A DNA stretch of 64,000 nucleotides from a virus. Location of the stretch: IMG/VR virus record IMGVR_UViG_3300021469_000002, positions 15,772 through 79,771 of that record. One strand, given 5' to 3'. The translations under genes were made by a program, and so were the position numbers. Within the stretch, counting starts at the first letter, position 1. Each line of letters begins with the position of its first letter. Below are positions 27,828-38,541 of this stretch, in pieces. The notes under the pieces are model-generated. The model did not search any database, was not told the DNA's origin, and worked only from the letters and a program-made list of their open reading frames with translations.

Positions 27828-30800
27828 ATGAAAAAGAACAAAAGGATATATTGGGAAAGCGTGAAGAAGTGGGCAATATCAGTAGGACTGGGAAGCGTTC
27901 CTCTCGTGATAGTTCTGTTTATCTATTTGTCTTATGCCAACATCATCACGATTCACGATTACAATTGGAGTAGAGTTTGTGGCGGAACGGTAGACGACCC
28001 TTGCTGGGCGACAGTTACCTTTACCGCCAATTCGGATTTCTACTTGTATCCGCTTGGTTACGACCCTTACGGTAGAAATACGCCTTTCAACTTTTCCAAG
28101 GCGGTTAAGGATTGGAAATTGTATAGGAAATGGGGAGACGGTTGGCGAGAAATAGACCTGAATGAAGGTTGCACGGGAAGGTGGTGCGGTTGTTATTGGT
28201 GCAAAGGAGGGAAAACGGCTAAATATTCTTATGCTTTCAGGTCGGGGAAAAATTATACAATCAAGATTGTAGCTTATAAAAAAGATGCTTTCGAAGATGT
28301 CAAATGGAGTTTTGGCTTCCCGAAAGATAATCGGACATATATAGACCCTGTTTGGCGGAGAGCGGGAGAATACAGGCTAACCGAAATCGCTGGCAGGAAG
28401 TATACTCCGCAGTGCTTGTCTGATTGCCATTTGCCCATCGAACTTAAATTCTATAAAGATTACAAATTTGACAAACTCGATATGCTGATTAGAAAGGGAT
28501 CGAGTGAGTTTGCCGACTGGGGAATTGACTATTTAGTAATTGAAAACTACACTGTGACGATAAGTAATTGCACATATAAATGTAGAAATATCACATTCGC
28601 AAACGGAACGATTGGGCAGGATTGTAAAGCGATTTGTAACCCTTACAACACTGCTAAACAAAGATACATATGGAAACCACTCAAAACACTTAATGTAAAA
28701 GCAAACAAACCTATTATAATAGATTTGTGGGGAAGAAGAAAGGCAAAATTAGGCAATATTGTGGTAGATGTTGTGCCGAAGTTAGCGGATTTCGAGTTGG
28801 CAAAATTGAGTTGGTGGAATTCCTCTTGGGAACGAAAAAGACCAATAAACCTGTCTGTATCCAGCGGAAGCACACCAAAAGGTTATCAAGTAAAACTAAA
28901 TATAACCTACGATTCCGATATGCAAACAGATTTTGACGATTTGAGATTCGTGAACGGTTCTGAAAACACAGAACTGCCTTACTGGGTTGAAGAAAAATCC
29001 AATGGTGAATGGGCTGTAGTATGGGTTAAAGTAGACCAGAACATAACGACAGACAATTATACAATCTATATGTATTACGGCAATCCTTCGGCAACTTCAG
29101 AAAGCAATGGCTCAGCAGTTTTTGAATTTTTCGATGATTTTAGCGGAGATTTAAGCCAGTGGGAACAAGTAGGTGCTGGCACGGCAAGTATTGTAGAGGA
29201 TGCAGATGCCTATAATGGTGATGCATGTAAAATATCACCCGGCACCGGCGAAAGAACTTTGTGGATATCTACGACTTTCGATGGAAACTATGCTGTTGAA
29301 ACAAGAATGAAAGGCAACAAATACTTCCGTGTTTTCATGAGGGGACAAGATAAAACTGCCTTGAGAGAGGCTATTGCTGATTTCCACAGCACGAACGATA
29401 TTACAAATATGATATACGATTATATAGATGGTGTGTCTATTGCAATAGGAGGAACCGGTGATAAAGACTGGACAGTATATCATCGTGAATCTATGAGAGC
29501 ACAGGGATTAAATTATTATTGGTATTTGGATGGAGAGCTTTATATTAGCGGGACTGATTCTGGAGCCTCCCAGCCAACTTCAGGTTATATAGGTATAAAT
29601 TCGCAGCAAAACGATGCTTTTTTTGATTTTGTTGCTATCCGCAAATACACTTCTCCAGAACCATCATATTCGATAGGCGGGGAAGAATCGATTGCACCAA
29701 TCATTATTATAAACTCACCACAAAACACCACTTACATAGATATAGGCGCTACTATATCTATTCCAATTAACTTCACTGTTTACGGCAATATTTCTACTTA
29801 CCAAGTTAAAGTATACGCAAACGGGTCAGAAATTTATTCAAATGATAACTATGCAAATAACACGAACACGCAAATTGAACGCGATTGGTATGAAGGTAAC
29901 CAGAATGTTACAATATGGGCAAATTCTTCAGAGGGTGTTGAATCAACGAAAACAGTGCTGTTTACTACAAGATTGTGTTCAGCATCGTCTGATTGGCTTA
30001 ACAACAGTTTTGCTAAAAGAAAAGGTATTTGTATTTTAGAACAGTCTAGTAATAACTTAACGAATTACTCAATTGCTATTAATATATCTTACGATTCCGA
30101 TATGCAAACAGATTTTGATGACTTGAGATTTAGTTGGTATAATGAGTCATTTGGAAGCGAAATAGAAACACGTTATTGGGTTGAAGAAAAATCTGATGGT
30201 GAATGGGCAGTAGTATGGATTAAAATTCCTTCTATTCCAGCAGATTCATTACAAACAATTTACATGTATTATGGAAACCCGAATGCAACCTCAGAAAGCA
30301 ACGGCTCAGCGGTTTTCGATTTCTTCGATGACTTCGAAGATGGAGATTATAGTGATAAATGGACTTTAATAACTGGAACAGCATCGGAAACAAATGGATA
30401 TTTAGAGGTTAGTTCCACCTCTTCAATTGAGGGTTTAATTGAAGAAAATGTAACGCAGTTTTCAGATACAAACGGCTTTGTTGTTGAAGGCAAAATTATG
30501 CAAGTTACCACAAACGATTTAGGCGAGATTCTCTTTCACGGCGATTTAACAAAAGACAATTACTATATATTTGTAGTGGGTTATAATGATAAATTAATAA
30601 TTGATAAACAGGTAGGAGGCTCGGGAACTAGTTTAGCTCAAGTTTCACAAGTTATTAATGAAAATGTATGGTATGATTTCAGAGTTACAAGAAAACCAGA
30701 TGGAACTATTATCGGCGAAATTATCGGAGTAAATTCTGTGTCTGCTACCGACACAAGTTTGACAAGCGGATATGTGGGAGTTAGGGTAGGCGGAAAGTTT

Positions 30801-33362
30801 TCAGACACTTGCAGAGTGGATAATTACCGAGTCCGCAAATACGCAGAACCAGAACCAACATATTCGATAGGAGAGGAAGAAACATCATTATCTACTTGTT
30901 CGAATATAACTTCTTCAGGAATATATTATTTAACTGTTAATATAATAAATTCATCGACTTCTTATTGTATGAATATTTCTGCTAATGATGTAACTTTAGA
31001 TTGTCAAGGGAATACAATAGATGGAATAGATAATTCTGACACATATGGCGTTTATGCTTCACGCTCAGGTTGGCAAGTAGCAAACATAACAATTAAAAAT
31101 TGTATTATAACAGATTGGGATGAAGGAATACATCTTGCTTATACAAGCGAAGTTGATATTTTGAATAATACAATTTCATCAACTATAAGTTATGGAATAT
31201 ATTTATATTATACTGGTTATGAGGGCCCAGGAAATATTAAAATATCAGATAATGTCATATCAGATACAGGAAATGATGGTATGAATCTGTATCCATATTT
31301 TACTTATTCGAATATTACAAATAACACTATTTTATCTGCGGGACAAGACGGTATAACAATATTTACCGGGGGTGATTATAATATTATAGAAAATAATACA
31401 ATTGAAAATGCTGTAGCAAATGGGATTTGCTTCGGCGGTAGTGATAATAATACAGTAAGAAACAACATTATTCGTGGTTGTAATTATTCAATCAGATTAG
31501 TAAACAACCCCCAAGATAATTTTATTTATAATAATCTATTTAATAACTCTGGAGATATTAGTTATGTTGCGATATATGGAAATAATTGGAATACAACATA
31601 TCAATCTGGAACAAATATTTGGAATGATAGTTTAGGTTATATTTGGGGAAATGCTTGGTTCAAACCTGATGGAACTGGATTTAGCGAGGTTGAATGTAAT
31701 GATATTAATCCGGTAGATGGTTTTTGTGATAGTCCTTATGAATTAGCACCAGATAATATAGATTACCACCCAATAGCAAAAGAGTATGGAATGGTAGCAG
31801 ACATAGATCCACCAACATTCTCAAATTGGCAACAAGACCCGTTAGACATAAATTCAAGCACTATAGGGAAATTGTATGTAAATGTTACCATAACAGACGA
31901 ATCTGGTGTTAATGCATCGAGTGTTAGATTTTATCATTGGATAAACGATTCGCAATACCCGAACCAACCGTGGAAGTTTATAAATGGAACTGCACAGGAA
32001 TTTGTTCACGAGCATACTATGACCAACATCACGGATGTATTTAACATAACCCTTCATACATACGCATACAATCCATCTGTTTTTAATGTAGACCCAGAAA
32101 CAATGGCTTCAGCAACAAAATATAACTATTCGTTGGACTCAAATAATAAAGCACTAAAGGTTAGATTCTATAACATATCAACACATCCAAATACAACTTA
32201 TATTTTGAAAGCAAGACTGCATAAAATCACAGGAGATTTAATAGTTTATTATTGTAACAGTTCTTACACAAACGGCAAAATATATAACTCTGATTATTGT
32301 GTGCCATTAACTACATTAATATCTCAAGATGAAACGCATTACTACCAAAATATTTACTTTTACGGAGATGAAAATTCATATTTGGATGCAGTTCAAATAT
32401 CAGAAACAGGATTCATAGTATTTTATCCTGTAATTGGTTCGGATTGGGAAGTTGAATATGCAAACATAGATTCAAACTCTGTGGAGACAACAACAAGTGG
32501 AGGAACATCATGGACTAATCAAGATTTCACTCCAGATGTCTGGCTTATACAAATTAATGGAAATGGATTGACAACATTTAGTTATAAAGTTTATGCCTGT
32601 GATATGTTGGAAAACTGTGGCAATTCAAGTGTTCAAGAAGATTCATATGCAATAGCAAACTTGCCACCATCACCAGCACCAAAAATAATAATACCTGGAA
32701 ATGACACATACAGCGGAGTGTTTAACATAACCTGGGAACCATCCAAAGACCCCAATAGTGACCCGTTCAACTATTCACTTTACCTTTACTACGCAAACGG
32801 GACTTTGGCAGATGTTTTAGCAGACAACAACATACCTGAAGGAACAGAATATTACACTTTCGATTCGACAAACTATCCGAGTGGTCAATATTATTTAATA
32901 GCAAACGCAACTGATGATGCTGGTAATACGAATTTTTATATACTGCCGTATTATTTTACAATTGGTGCACCCGATATGAATATAACATTTGGCCCACCCC
33001 AAACCTCAATTTTCAGATGGGCAGTTAATGATTCTGGATATGGTTGTGGTCCGGACTATACATCTTATTGGGTTGAGCCAAGAAATCAAACTGATGTTTA
33101 TGGCATATTTTGGATTTGTAATAATGGAACAATTTCAGGAGGTGTTCAAGCAAAATTATCTGGAACGCCGAATACTGGTTGGAGTATAATGTTCACTAAA
33201 GATAATTCATCTGCTATTGCTGATGCTATTGCTATGACTACAAATTATCAAACAATTTATTCAAATTTAGGTGTTAATGAATGTATTTATACATGGGGGT
33301 ATGCAAATTGTACTCAGGTTTCTGCAAACCCAGGAGTAAATATAGAATTTGATATAATTTAG
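27828..33362 (+). CDS. Giant adhesin/surface-type protein: N-terminal TM, two DUF2341-like domains, NosD-like beta-helix, Ig-like domains
   Basis: Duplicated YDSDMQTDFDDLRF...IYMYYGNP...FFDDF; NNTI-type beta-helix repeats; frequent NxS/T sequons. Confidence 0.8.
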   Translation: MKKNKRIYWESVKKWAISVGLGSVPLVIVLFIYLSYANIITIHDYNWSRVCGGTVDDPCWATVTFTANSDFYLYPLGYDPYGRNTPFNFSKAVKDWKLYRKWGDGWREIDLNEGCTGRWCGCYWCKGGKTAKYSYAFRSGKNYTIKIVAYKKDAFEDVKWSFGFPKDNRTYIDPVWRRAGEYRLTEIAGRKYTPQCLSDCHLPIELKFYKDYKFDKLDMLIRKGSSEFADWGIDYLVIENYTVTISNCTYKCRNITFANGTIGQDCKAICNPYNTAKQRYIWKPLKTLNVKANKPIIIDLWGRRKAKLGNIVVDVVPKLADFELAKLSWWNSSWERKRPINLSVSSGSTPKGYQVKLNITYDSDMQTDFDDLRFVNGSENTELPYWVEEKSNGEWAVVWVKVDQNITTDNYTIYMYYGNPSATSESNGSAVFEFFDDFSGDLSQWEQVGAGTASIVEDADAYNGDACKISPGTGERTLWISTTFDGNYAVETRMKGNKYFRVFMRGQDKTALREAIADFHSTNDITNMIYDYIDGVSIAIGGTGDKDWTVYHRESMRAQGLNYYWYLDGELYISGTDSGASQPTSGYIGINSQQNDAFFDFVAIRKYTSPEPSYSIGGEESIAPIIIINSPQNTTYIDIGATISIPINFTVYGNISTYQVKVYANGSEIYSNDNYANNTNTQIERDWYEGNQNVTIWANSSEGVESTKTVLFTTRLCSASSDWLNNSFAKRKGICILEQSSNNLTNYSIAINISYDSDMQTDFDDLRFSWYNESFGSEIETRYWVEEKSDGEWAVVWIKIPSIPADSLQTIYMYYGNPNATSESNGSAVFDFFDDFEDGDYSDKWTLITGTASETNGYLEVSSTSSIEGLIEENVTQFSDTNGFVVEGKIMQVTTNDLGEILFHGDLTKDNYYIFVVGYNDKLIIDKQVGGSGTSLAQVSQVINENVWYDFRVTRKPDGTIIGEIIGVNSVSATDTSLTSGYVGVRVGGKFSDTCRVDNYRVRKYAEPEPTYSIGEEETSLSTCSNITSSGIYYLTVNIINSSTSYCMNISANDVTLDCQGNTIDGIDNSDTYGVYASRSGWQVANITIKNCIITDWDEGIHLAYTSEVDILNNTISSTISYGIYLYYTGYEGPGNIKISDNVISDTGNDGMNLYPYFTYSNITNNTILSAGQDGITIFTGGDYNIIENNTIENAVANGICFGGSDNNTVRNNIIRGCNYSIRLVNNPQDNFIYNNLFNNSGDISYVAIYGNNWNTTYQSGTNIWNDSLGYIWGNAWFKPDGTGFSEVECNDINPVDGFCDSPYELAPDNIDYHPIAKEYGMVADIDPPTFSNWQQDPLDINSSTIGKLYVNVTITDESGVNASSVRFYHWINDSQYPNQPWKFINGTAQEFVHEHTMTNITDVFNITLHTYAYNPSVFNVDPETMASATKYNYSLDSNNKALKVRFYNISTHPNTTYILKARLHKITGDLIVYYCNSSYTNGKIYNSDYCVPLTTLISQDETHYYQNIYFYGDENSYLDAVQISETGFIVFYPVIGSDWEVEYANIDSNSVETTTSGGTSWTNQDFTPDVWLIQINGNGLTTFSYKVYACDMLENCGNSSVQEDSYAIANLPPSPAPKIIIPGNDTYSGVFNITWEPSKDPNSDPFNYSLYLYYANGTLADVLADNNIPEGTEYYTFDSTNYPSGQYYLIANATDDAGNTNFYILPYYFTIGAPDMNITFGPPQTSIFRWAVNDSGYGCGPDYTSYWVEPRNQTDVYGIFWICNNGTISGGVQAKLSGTPNTGWSIMFTKDNSSAIADAIAMTTNYQTIYSNLGVNECIYTWGYANCTQVSANPGVNIEFDII

Positions 33363-33371
33363 GTGAAAAAT

Positions 33372-34760
33372 ATGCCGCCACAAATTCCGATGTATGCAGA
33401 ATTTTACAAAACCTTAAGTGAAACTTTAAATCTCCAAGATTCTAGCTTTAAGCAGACAGCACTTATTAAATCTGAGACTATAAATCTTTCAGATAAGATA
33501 GCTAAACAGACTCAAAAAAGCCTTTCTGAAACAATAAATTTGAATGAATTTATAATTAAACAAATATCAAAATTTTTTTCAGAAGTTATAAATTTAAATG
33601 AATCTATAACCAAACAAACATCAAAATCTTTTTCAGAAGTTATAAATTTAAATGAATTTATAATTAAACAAACACTAAAAAAACTTTCAGAAACTATAAA
33701 CGTAAATGATTTTATAATTAGACAAGCGTCAAAATCTTTTTTAGAGACTATAAATTTAAATGAATTTATAGCCAAGCAAACATCAAAATCTTTTTCGGAA
33801 TTGATTACTTTAACAGATTCAATGAATCGGTTATTTAATGCAGTTAGATCATTTAGCGAAATATTCAATTTACAAGATGTTTTTGAAAGACAAGCCACTT
33901 TACAAAGAATTTATACAGAAATATTAAATTTGGAAGATAATATAGCTTTACTTAAAGCATATTTTAAAATATGTACTGAAACATTAAACCTTAATGATAT
34001 ATTCAATAGGACATGGAATGCTTATAGAACATATACTGAAACATTAAGTTTAAATGATATTATAATAAAATTTTTATCTAAAATGCAAAATGAAACCATT
34101 AATTTAAATGATATTACAATAAAAGTTTTGTCTAAAACGTGGGATGAAACTATTAATTTAAATGATATATTAGGCAAACAACCACAAAAAAATATTTTTG
34201 AAACATTGAATTTTATAGATATTTTGACCCGAAGCTCATCAAAAACATTTATAGAAACACTTGCTTTTACGGATTCGATTCTTAAAAATGTGTCACTTTT
34301 ATTAACAGAAACTTTAGATTTAAATGATATTATTAAAAAATTATCCTATAAGATTTTAATAGATTCTTTTGTTTTTACAGATACTTTAACAAAAAATTTA
34401 ATTAAATCGTTTGCTGAAATAATTATATTAACTGATAGCTCGTTTAAAACCGCTTCTAAAATTTTAATTGAAGTTATTAATTTTTCTGATATATTTACAA
34501 GAATTATTAGTGCTTCAAGGGTATTCACTGAATATATTACTTTGATTGATTCTTTTAATATAATAAAAGTAATTATAAGACAGTTTACCGAAACACTTAA
34601 TTTAAATGATTATGTTCTTATAACTCCGCCAATTAAATTAATAATAGAGGCTATACCAATTAAACCTGAATTGGATGTTGTTGGCAAAATTATTGGTAAA
34701 ATTATAAGCACAAAAAAACAAAAACCCAAATTATTGGAGATAGATAGAGAAGGGATATAA
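33372..34760 (+). CDS. Repeat-rich fibre-like structural protein (about 19-aa repeats)
   Basis: Recurrent K.FSE.INL.[DE] units; AGGTGA RBS before ATG 33372. Confidence 0.65.
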   Translation: MPPQIPMYAEFYKTLSETLNLQDSSFKQTALIKSETINLSDKIAKQTQKSLSETINLNEFIIKQISKFFSEVINLNESITKQTSKSFSEVINLNEFIIKQTLKKLSETINVNDFIIRQASKSFLETINLNEFIAKQTSKSFSELITLTDSMNRLFNAVRSFSEIFNLQDVFERQATLQRIYTEILNLEDNIALLKAYFKICTETLNLNDIFNRTWNAYRTYTETLSLNDIIIKFLSKMQNETINLNDITIKVLSKTWDETINLNDILGKQPQKNIFETLNFIDILTRSSSKTFIETLAFTDSILKNVSLLLTETLDLNDIIKKLSYKILIDSFVFTDTLTKNLIKSFAEIIILTDSSFKTASKILIEVINFSDIFTRIISASRVFTEYITLIDSFNIIKVIIRQFTETLNLNDYVLITPPIKLIIEAIPIKPELDVVGKIIGKIISTKKQKPKLLEIDREGI

Positions 34761-34794
34761 ATTCGAGATAATTAATTAAAAAATAGGTGAAAAA

Positions 34795-35709
34795 ATGGGA
34801 GTTTTATTAAGGTGGAGGATACCAGATTTAACTGAAGTCACATATGATAAAACAGTAATTTATAGAGCAACATCTAAAACAGGAACTTATAATGAAATAG
34901 CTATTCAGGATATAACCGATAATACATATTTTGATTCCAGCGGAACAACTAATCATTGGTATAAGATAAGATTTAGAGGAGGAACAATAGGTAGTTATTA
35001 TTATTCCGATTATTCAGACTCGATGCAAGGCGGGAAATGGAGAGGATATTGTAGTCCAGAAGATGTTAGGACAATAGCCAATTTATCATCAGATGATATA
35101 AGTGATTCAAGGCTTTATGACATAATCACATTTGCTATGGCACAAATAAATCACGAAATTAATTCTAAAATAATAGAAGAAAAAGTTGAACAAATCGATT
35201 TAACAAGAGAAAACAAAATAGATGGAAGTAATAAGACGTTTTACGTAAAAAAATCGTTTGAATGGTATATAGGAGATGCAGATGATGATGGAGATGTAGA
35301 TACAGATGATATAACTGTTTATAAATATGCAAGTGACGGAACCAAAACTGAAATGACTATATCCGAAATATATCCAAATGAAGGCAAATTTGTTTTAGAA
35401 GATGCACCAGAATCGGGGAGTACATTGACAGTAACCTATGTTTATGCACCAGTATCGGAAAGCGATCCACATCCAATGTTAAAACAGGCATGTGCTTATT
35501 TAACTGCTGCTTTAGCATTTACAAGAATTGAAACAGGATACTATGAAAAATTACAATTAGGCAAATTAACTTTACAGAATATGACAAGTGGTTTTACTCA
35601 ATTTTATAGATTATACGAAAGAATTTTACATATGTTAAAAAGTAGGATGACAAGAAGAACAGATGACCCAGACTTTTGGAAACATCAATTAAATAATATA
35701 AACAGGTGA
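34795..35709 (+). CDS. Putative head-tail adaptor with N-terminal FN3-like domain
   Basis: LRW...IYRA...YFD...WYKIR...YSD; YCSPEDVR; LKQACAYL. Confidence 0.6.
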   Translation: MGVLLRWRIPDLTEVTYDKTVIYRATSKTGTYNEIAIQDITDNTYFDSSGTTNHWYKIRFRGGTIGSYYYSDYSDSMQGGKWRGYCSPEDVRTIANLSSDDISDSRLYDIITFAMAQINHEINSKIIEEKVEQIDLTRENKIDGSNKTFYVKKSFEWYIGDADDDGDVDTDDITVYKYASDGTKTEMTISEIYPNEGKFVLEDAPESGSTLTVTYVYAPVSESDPHPMLKQACAYLTAALAFTRIETGYYEKLQLGKLTLQNMTSGFTQFYRLYERILHMLKSRMTRRTDDPDFWKHQLNNINR

Positions 35710-35713
35710 TTTA

Positions 35714-36154
35714 ATGGTAGTCGGTGTAGTTAATCAATTCAGAAAAGGAGTGAAAAATATTTTTGATAAAGCAAAAGAAACAATAATTTATCAATCCATA
35801 ACTAGAGATAAAGATGCTGATGACAACCCAGTAGAATATATAAATCAAACAGAAATTGATGCAGTAGTACAAATAATGAGATTAGAAGATATACAAGAAA
35901 TGGGCGGACTACTACAAGTAGGTGATGCCATAGCATTTTTTGATCATAATGCAAATATAGTTAAAGAAGACAGAATTATTCATCGAGGCATATATTATAG
36001 AATAACAGAAGCTTTTCCAGAAACTGTAGCAGGAAATGTTATTTTTATTCAAGCATTTTGTAAAAGGGAAGATTATAGACCAACAGGACACACAAATTAT
36101 ATTAAAACACTAACAGAGACTTTTTCATTATCTGATGTAATTACAAAAACTTAA
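35714..36154 (+). CDS. Putative head-closure protein
   Basis: G.LQVGDA...DRII..G..YRI pattern and position. Confidence 0.55.
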   Translation: MVVGVVNQFRKGVKNIFDKAKETIIYQSITRDKDADDNPVEYINQTEIDAVVQIMRLEDIQEMGGLLQVGDAIAFFDHNANIVKEDRIIHRGIYYRITEAFPETVAGNVIFIQAFCKREDYRPTGHTNYIKTLTETFSLSDVITKT

Positions 36155-36249
36155 CGAAAGAAAACTTGGTATTTTAATGCTGGGATGAATTTCATTCACA
36201 TAATATTATATTGTCGATAATATTTAAATCTTTAATATTAATTAATATT

Positions 36250-36368
36250 ATGATAATCAGAAAAGTTTGGAAAAACAAAGCAACAAACCAATTGTTGGTG
36301 TCAATCCCGAAAAATGAAGGAATAAAAGAAGAGATTATGTTAAAATAGTCAAGGTGGAGGAAGAATGA
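36250..36368 (+). pseudogene. Frameshifted AbrB/SpoVT-like small gene upstream of tnpB
   Basis: MIIRKVWKNKATNQLLVSIPKNEGIKE then shifted DYVKIVKVEEE; one added base restores GIKEGDYV. Confidence 0.55.
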
Positions 36369-37444
36369 TAATCTGTAAAACTATAAAGGCAAAAATAATA
36401 GGATTGACAAAAACCAAAGCCAAACTCATTAGTCAAGAATATCAAAATTTTCAATTGGTTTTGAAAGGAAAAAATGCTCCTCTATACTCAGCCATTAAGC
36501 AACAAGCTTTAAAACTGAAAAAACAAATTAATGGAAATAAGAGAGAATATCCTTTGATAATAAGAAGGGATGTTCTAAAAATAGAAAAACAAAATACTAA
36601 GCTTAGCAAATATTGGTTTAAAATTCCCTGTTATTATAGAAGAGGTGGAGTATGGGTTGCCATTAAATTCTCTCCTACTCAAGAAGAATTATTAAATCAT
36701 TCTATTAGAGAAACAAAGCTTGTTAAGAAAAATAACAAATGGTTTTTATTGATAACTGTTCAAAAGGAAGTTGAAATTAAAAAATCATATTCCTCAATTT
36801 TAGCCATAGACTTTGGGCTGAAATGGATTGCTACGGTCTGTGACCTAAGTAATCTTAGACCAAAGTTTTATGGTAATGAATTGAGGAAAATAAGAGGGCA
36901 CTATTTCTATCTGCGAAGGAAATTAGCGAAGAAAGAAATTAGAGGATATTATAAATGGATAAAAAGAAGTAAAGAAGCGAGAATTGTAAATAACTTTCTC
37001 CATAAAATTTCTAGAGAAATAGTTAATTGGGCAAAGGAAACCAACAGCTTGATAGTTTTTGGAAAACTAAAAGGAATAAGGAAGCAAAATAAGGGAAGGA
37101 AATTCAATAGAAAATTGAACTCATTTCCATATTACAAATTGGCTCAATACATCAAGTATAAAGCAATTGAGGAAGAAATTTTTGTTTTAGAAGCTCCAGA
37201 GGCATATACTTCCCAGATATGTCATAAATGCGGAAAGAAAGGGATAAGAAAAAACGGATTGTTCAAATGTGAGTGTGGGTTAGAAGATAACGCAGATAGG
37301 AATGGTGCTATAAACATTGGAAAACGAGCTTTGGGGTATATCTCCAAAGTAGGGGTAGTTGTGACACTACCCAGAACTGAGGCTTTAGACATAAAGATTC
37401 CGATTAACAATCCAGTGAGCGACCTCAGAAGCTCAGGTTTTTAA
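36365..37444 (+). CDS. tnpB: TnpB RNA-guided nuclease (rearranged RuvC-II type)
   Basis: LAIDFG, IVFGKL, PEAYTSQICHKCG, FKC.CG, ADRNGAINI. Confidence 0.9.
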   Translation: MIICKTIKAKIIGLTKTKAKLISQEYQNFQLVLKGKNAPLYSAIKQQALKLKKQINGNKREYPLIIRRDVLKIEKQNTKLSKYWFKIPCYYRRGGVWVAIKFSPTQEELLNHSIRETKLVKKNNKWFLLITVQKEVEIKKSYSSILAIDFGLKWIATVCDLSNLRPKFYGNELRKIRGHYFYLRRKLAKKEIRGYYKWIKRSKEARIVNNFLHKISREIVNWAKETNSLIVFGKLKGIRKQNKGRKFNRKLNSFPYYKLAQYIKYKAIEEEIFVLEAPEAYTSQICHKCGKKGIRKNGLFKCECGLEDNADRNGAINIGKRALGYISKVGVVVTLPRTEALDIKIPINNPVSDLRSSGF

Positions 37445-37477
37445 ACCTGAGTGTGTCACAAGCTCAAAAACTTAAAG

Positions 37478-37506
37478 TTTATAAATTCGACTTCAGTTCT
37501 AAATAA
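37478..37506 (+). promoter_or_regulatory. Putative late promoter, copy 2
   Basis: TTTATAAATTCGACTTCAGTTCTAAATAA upstream of the tail genes. Confidence 0.7.
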
Positions 37507-37573
37507 AATATAATGATAACTATGCCTTGTTGAAGGCTTCTTTAGTACCATTGGGTATAATCTCGTTGGAGAT

Positions 37574-38050
37574 GTGATGAATTTGGTTAGCTTAGATACT
37601 CTTGGAGATGATGCAATTACTTTCTTTAGAGATGTTCTTAGGCAAAATCTCACTGATAAACAAACGCCGCCTCGTCCTGGATCTGAATGGATTTATAAAT
37701 CAAGACCAGCAACTACTGAAATTAATCTTCCTTTTGTTATAGTTACTGAAGATAGAGAGAATGCTAATAGATTAACTATTCATCCTACTAAAGGGAAAAT
37801 CGGAATTCCAACAATACGTTTGGATATTCGAGTTTGGGCACATAAAATAAATCATAGAGATGAAATTGCTGATGAAATAATTAAAATTTTAAAAAATCCA
37901 ACATCTAGCGATGGTTCGACAACCATACTTCAAAATCGTTTTGTTTTTAAAAGTTATGAAAAATATGAAGAAGATGCAAAACTTGCTGAATTCCCTGAAG
38001 TTATAAGAATGAAAAGAATAATGGTAAATTTTAATTATATTGGTGGATAA
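37574..38050 (+). CDS. Putative tail terminator/completion protein
   Basis: LPFVIV...LDIRVWA...RDEIADEI pattern and position. Confidence 0.55.
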   Translation: MMNLVSLDTLGDDAITFFRDVLRQNLTDKQTPPRPGSEWIYKSRPATTEINLPFVIVTEDRENANRLTIHPTKGKIGIPTIRLDIRVWAHKINHRDEIADEIIKILKNPTSSDGSTTILQNRFVFKSYEKYEEDAKLAEFPEVIRMKRIMVNFNYIGG

Positions 38051-38052
38051 TA

Positions 38053-38541
38053 ATGGTAACATTTACTGTTAGAGTTCAAATGAAAGGAGCTGAAAAAATT
38101 AATAAAAGATGGAGATTATTAAGAAACCTACCTAAAATATTAGATCCTTATATTGAAACTATTGGAAATACTATAATAAAATTAGCAAAACAATATGCTC
38201 CAAGATTTGAAGAACATTTAGTTAAGGGTCTTAATTATAGAATAGACGAAGAAAAAAACGGACGTAAATTGATTGTATATAATGAAGTTTGGTGGTCACA
38301 TTTTCAAGAATATGGTTTTGAGCCTCATTTTGCTCCAATCACACCTTATGCAAAAAGATGGTTAGAAGCACATATGACCGGTGCAGAAGGAGTTAAACCG
38401 GGTAAAAAAGGATATTTTTATGTTAAAAAATATACTCCTCATGTAAGCAAGGCGGTTGAGGATATTAGACCAAATATCCCAACACTCCTAAAAAAAGGAG
38501 TGGATGCCTTTTTAGAAAAAACGTTTGGAGGAATTGAATGA
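38053..38541 (+). CDS. HK97 gp10-like neck protein
   Basis: AKQYAP...HL, FQEYG motifs. Confidence 0.65.
   Translation: MVTFTVRVQMKGAEKINKRWRLLRNLPKILDPYIETIGNTIIKLAKQYAPRFEEHLVKGLNYRIDEEKNGRKLIVYNEVWWSHFQEYGFEPHFAPITPYAKRWLEAHMTGAEGVKPGKKGYFYVKKYTPHVSKAVEDIRPNIPTLLKKGVDAFLEKTFGGIE

Larger units (their letters stand above)
36156..37459 (+). mobile_element. IS200/IS605-family element (tnpB only, no tnpA)
   Basis: Left hairpin followed by GGGATGAATTTC (36165-36193); right hairpin CTCAGGTTT/AAACCTGAG then TGTGTCAC; boundaries approximate. Confidence 0.75.

Noticed and set aside
28908-30335. Near-identical repeats as a diversity-generating retroelement TR/VR pair
   Set aside because: No reverse transcriptase recognised; both copies are in-frame duplicated domains of one gene
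36365-37444. Possible Cas12f effector
   Set aside because: Flanked by IS200/IS605-type hairpins and no array; treated as TnpB
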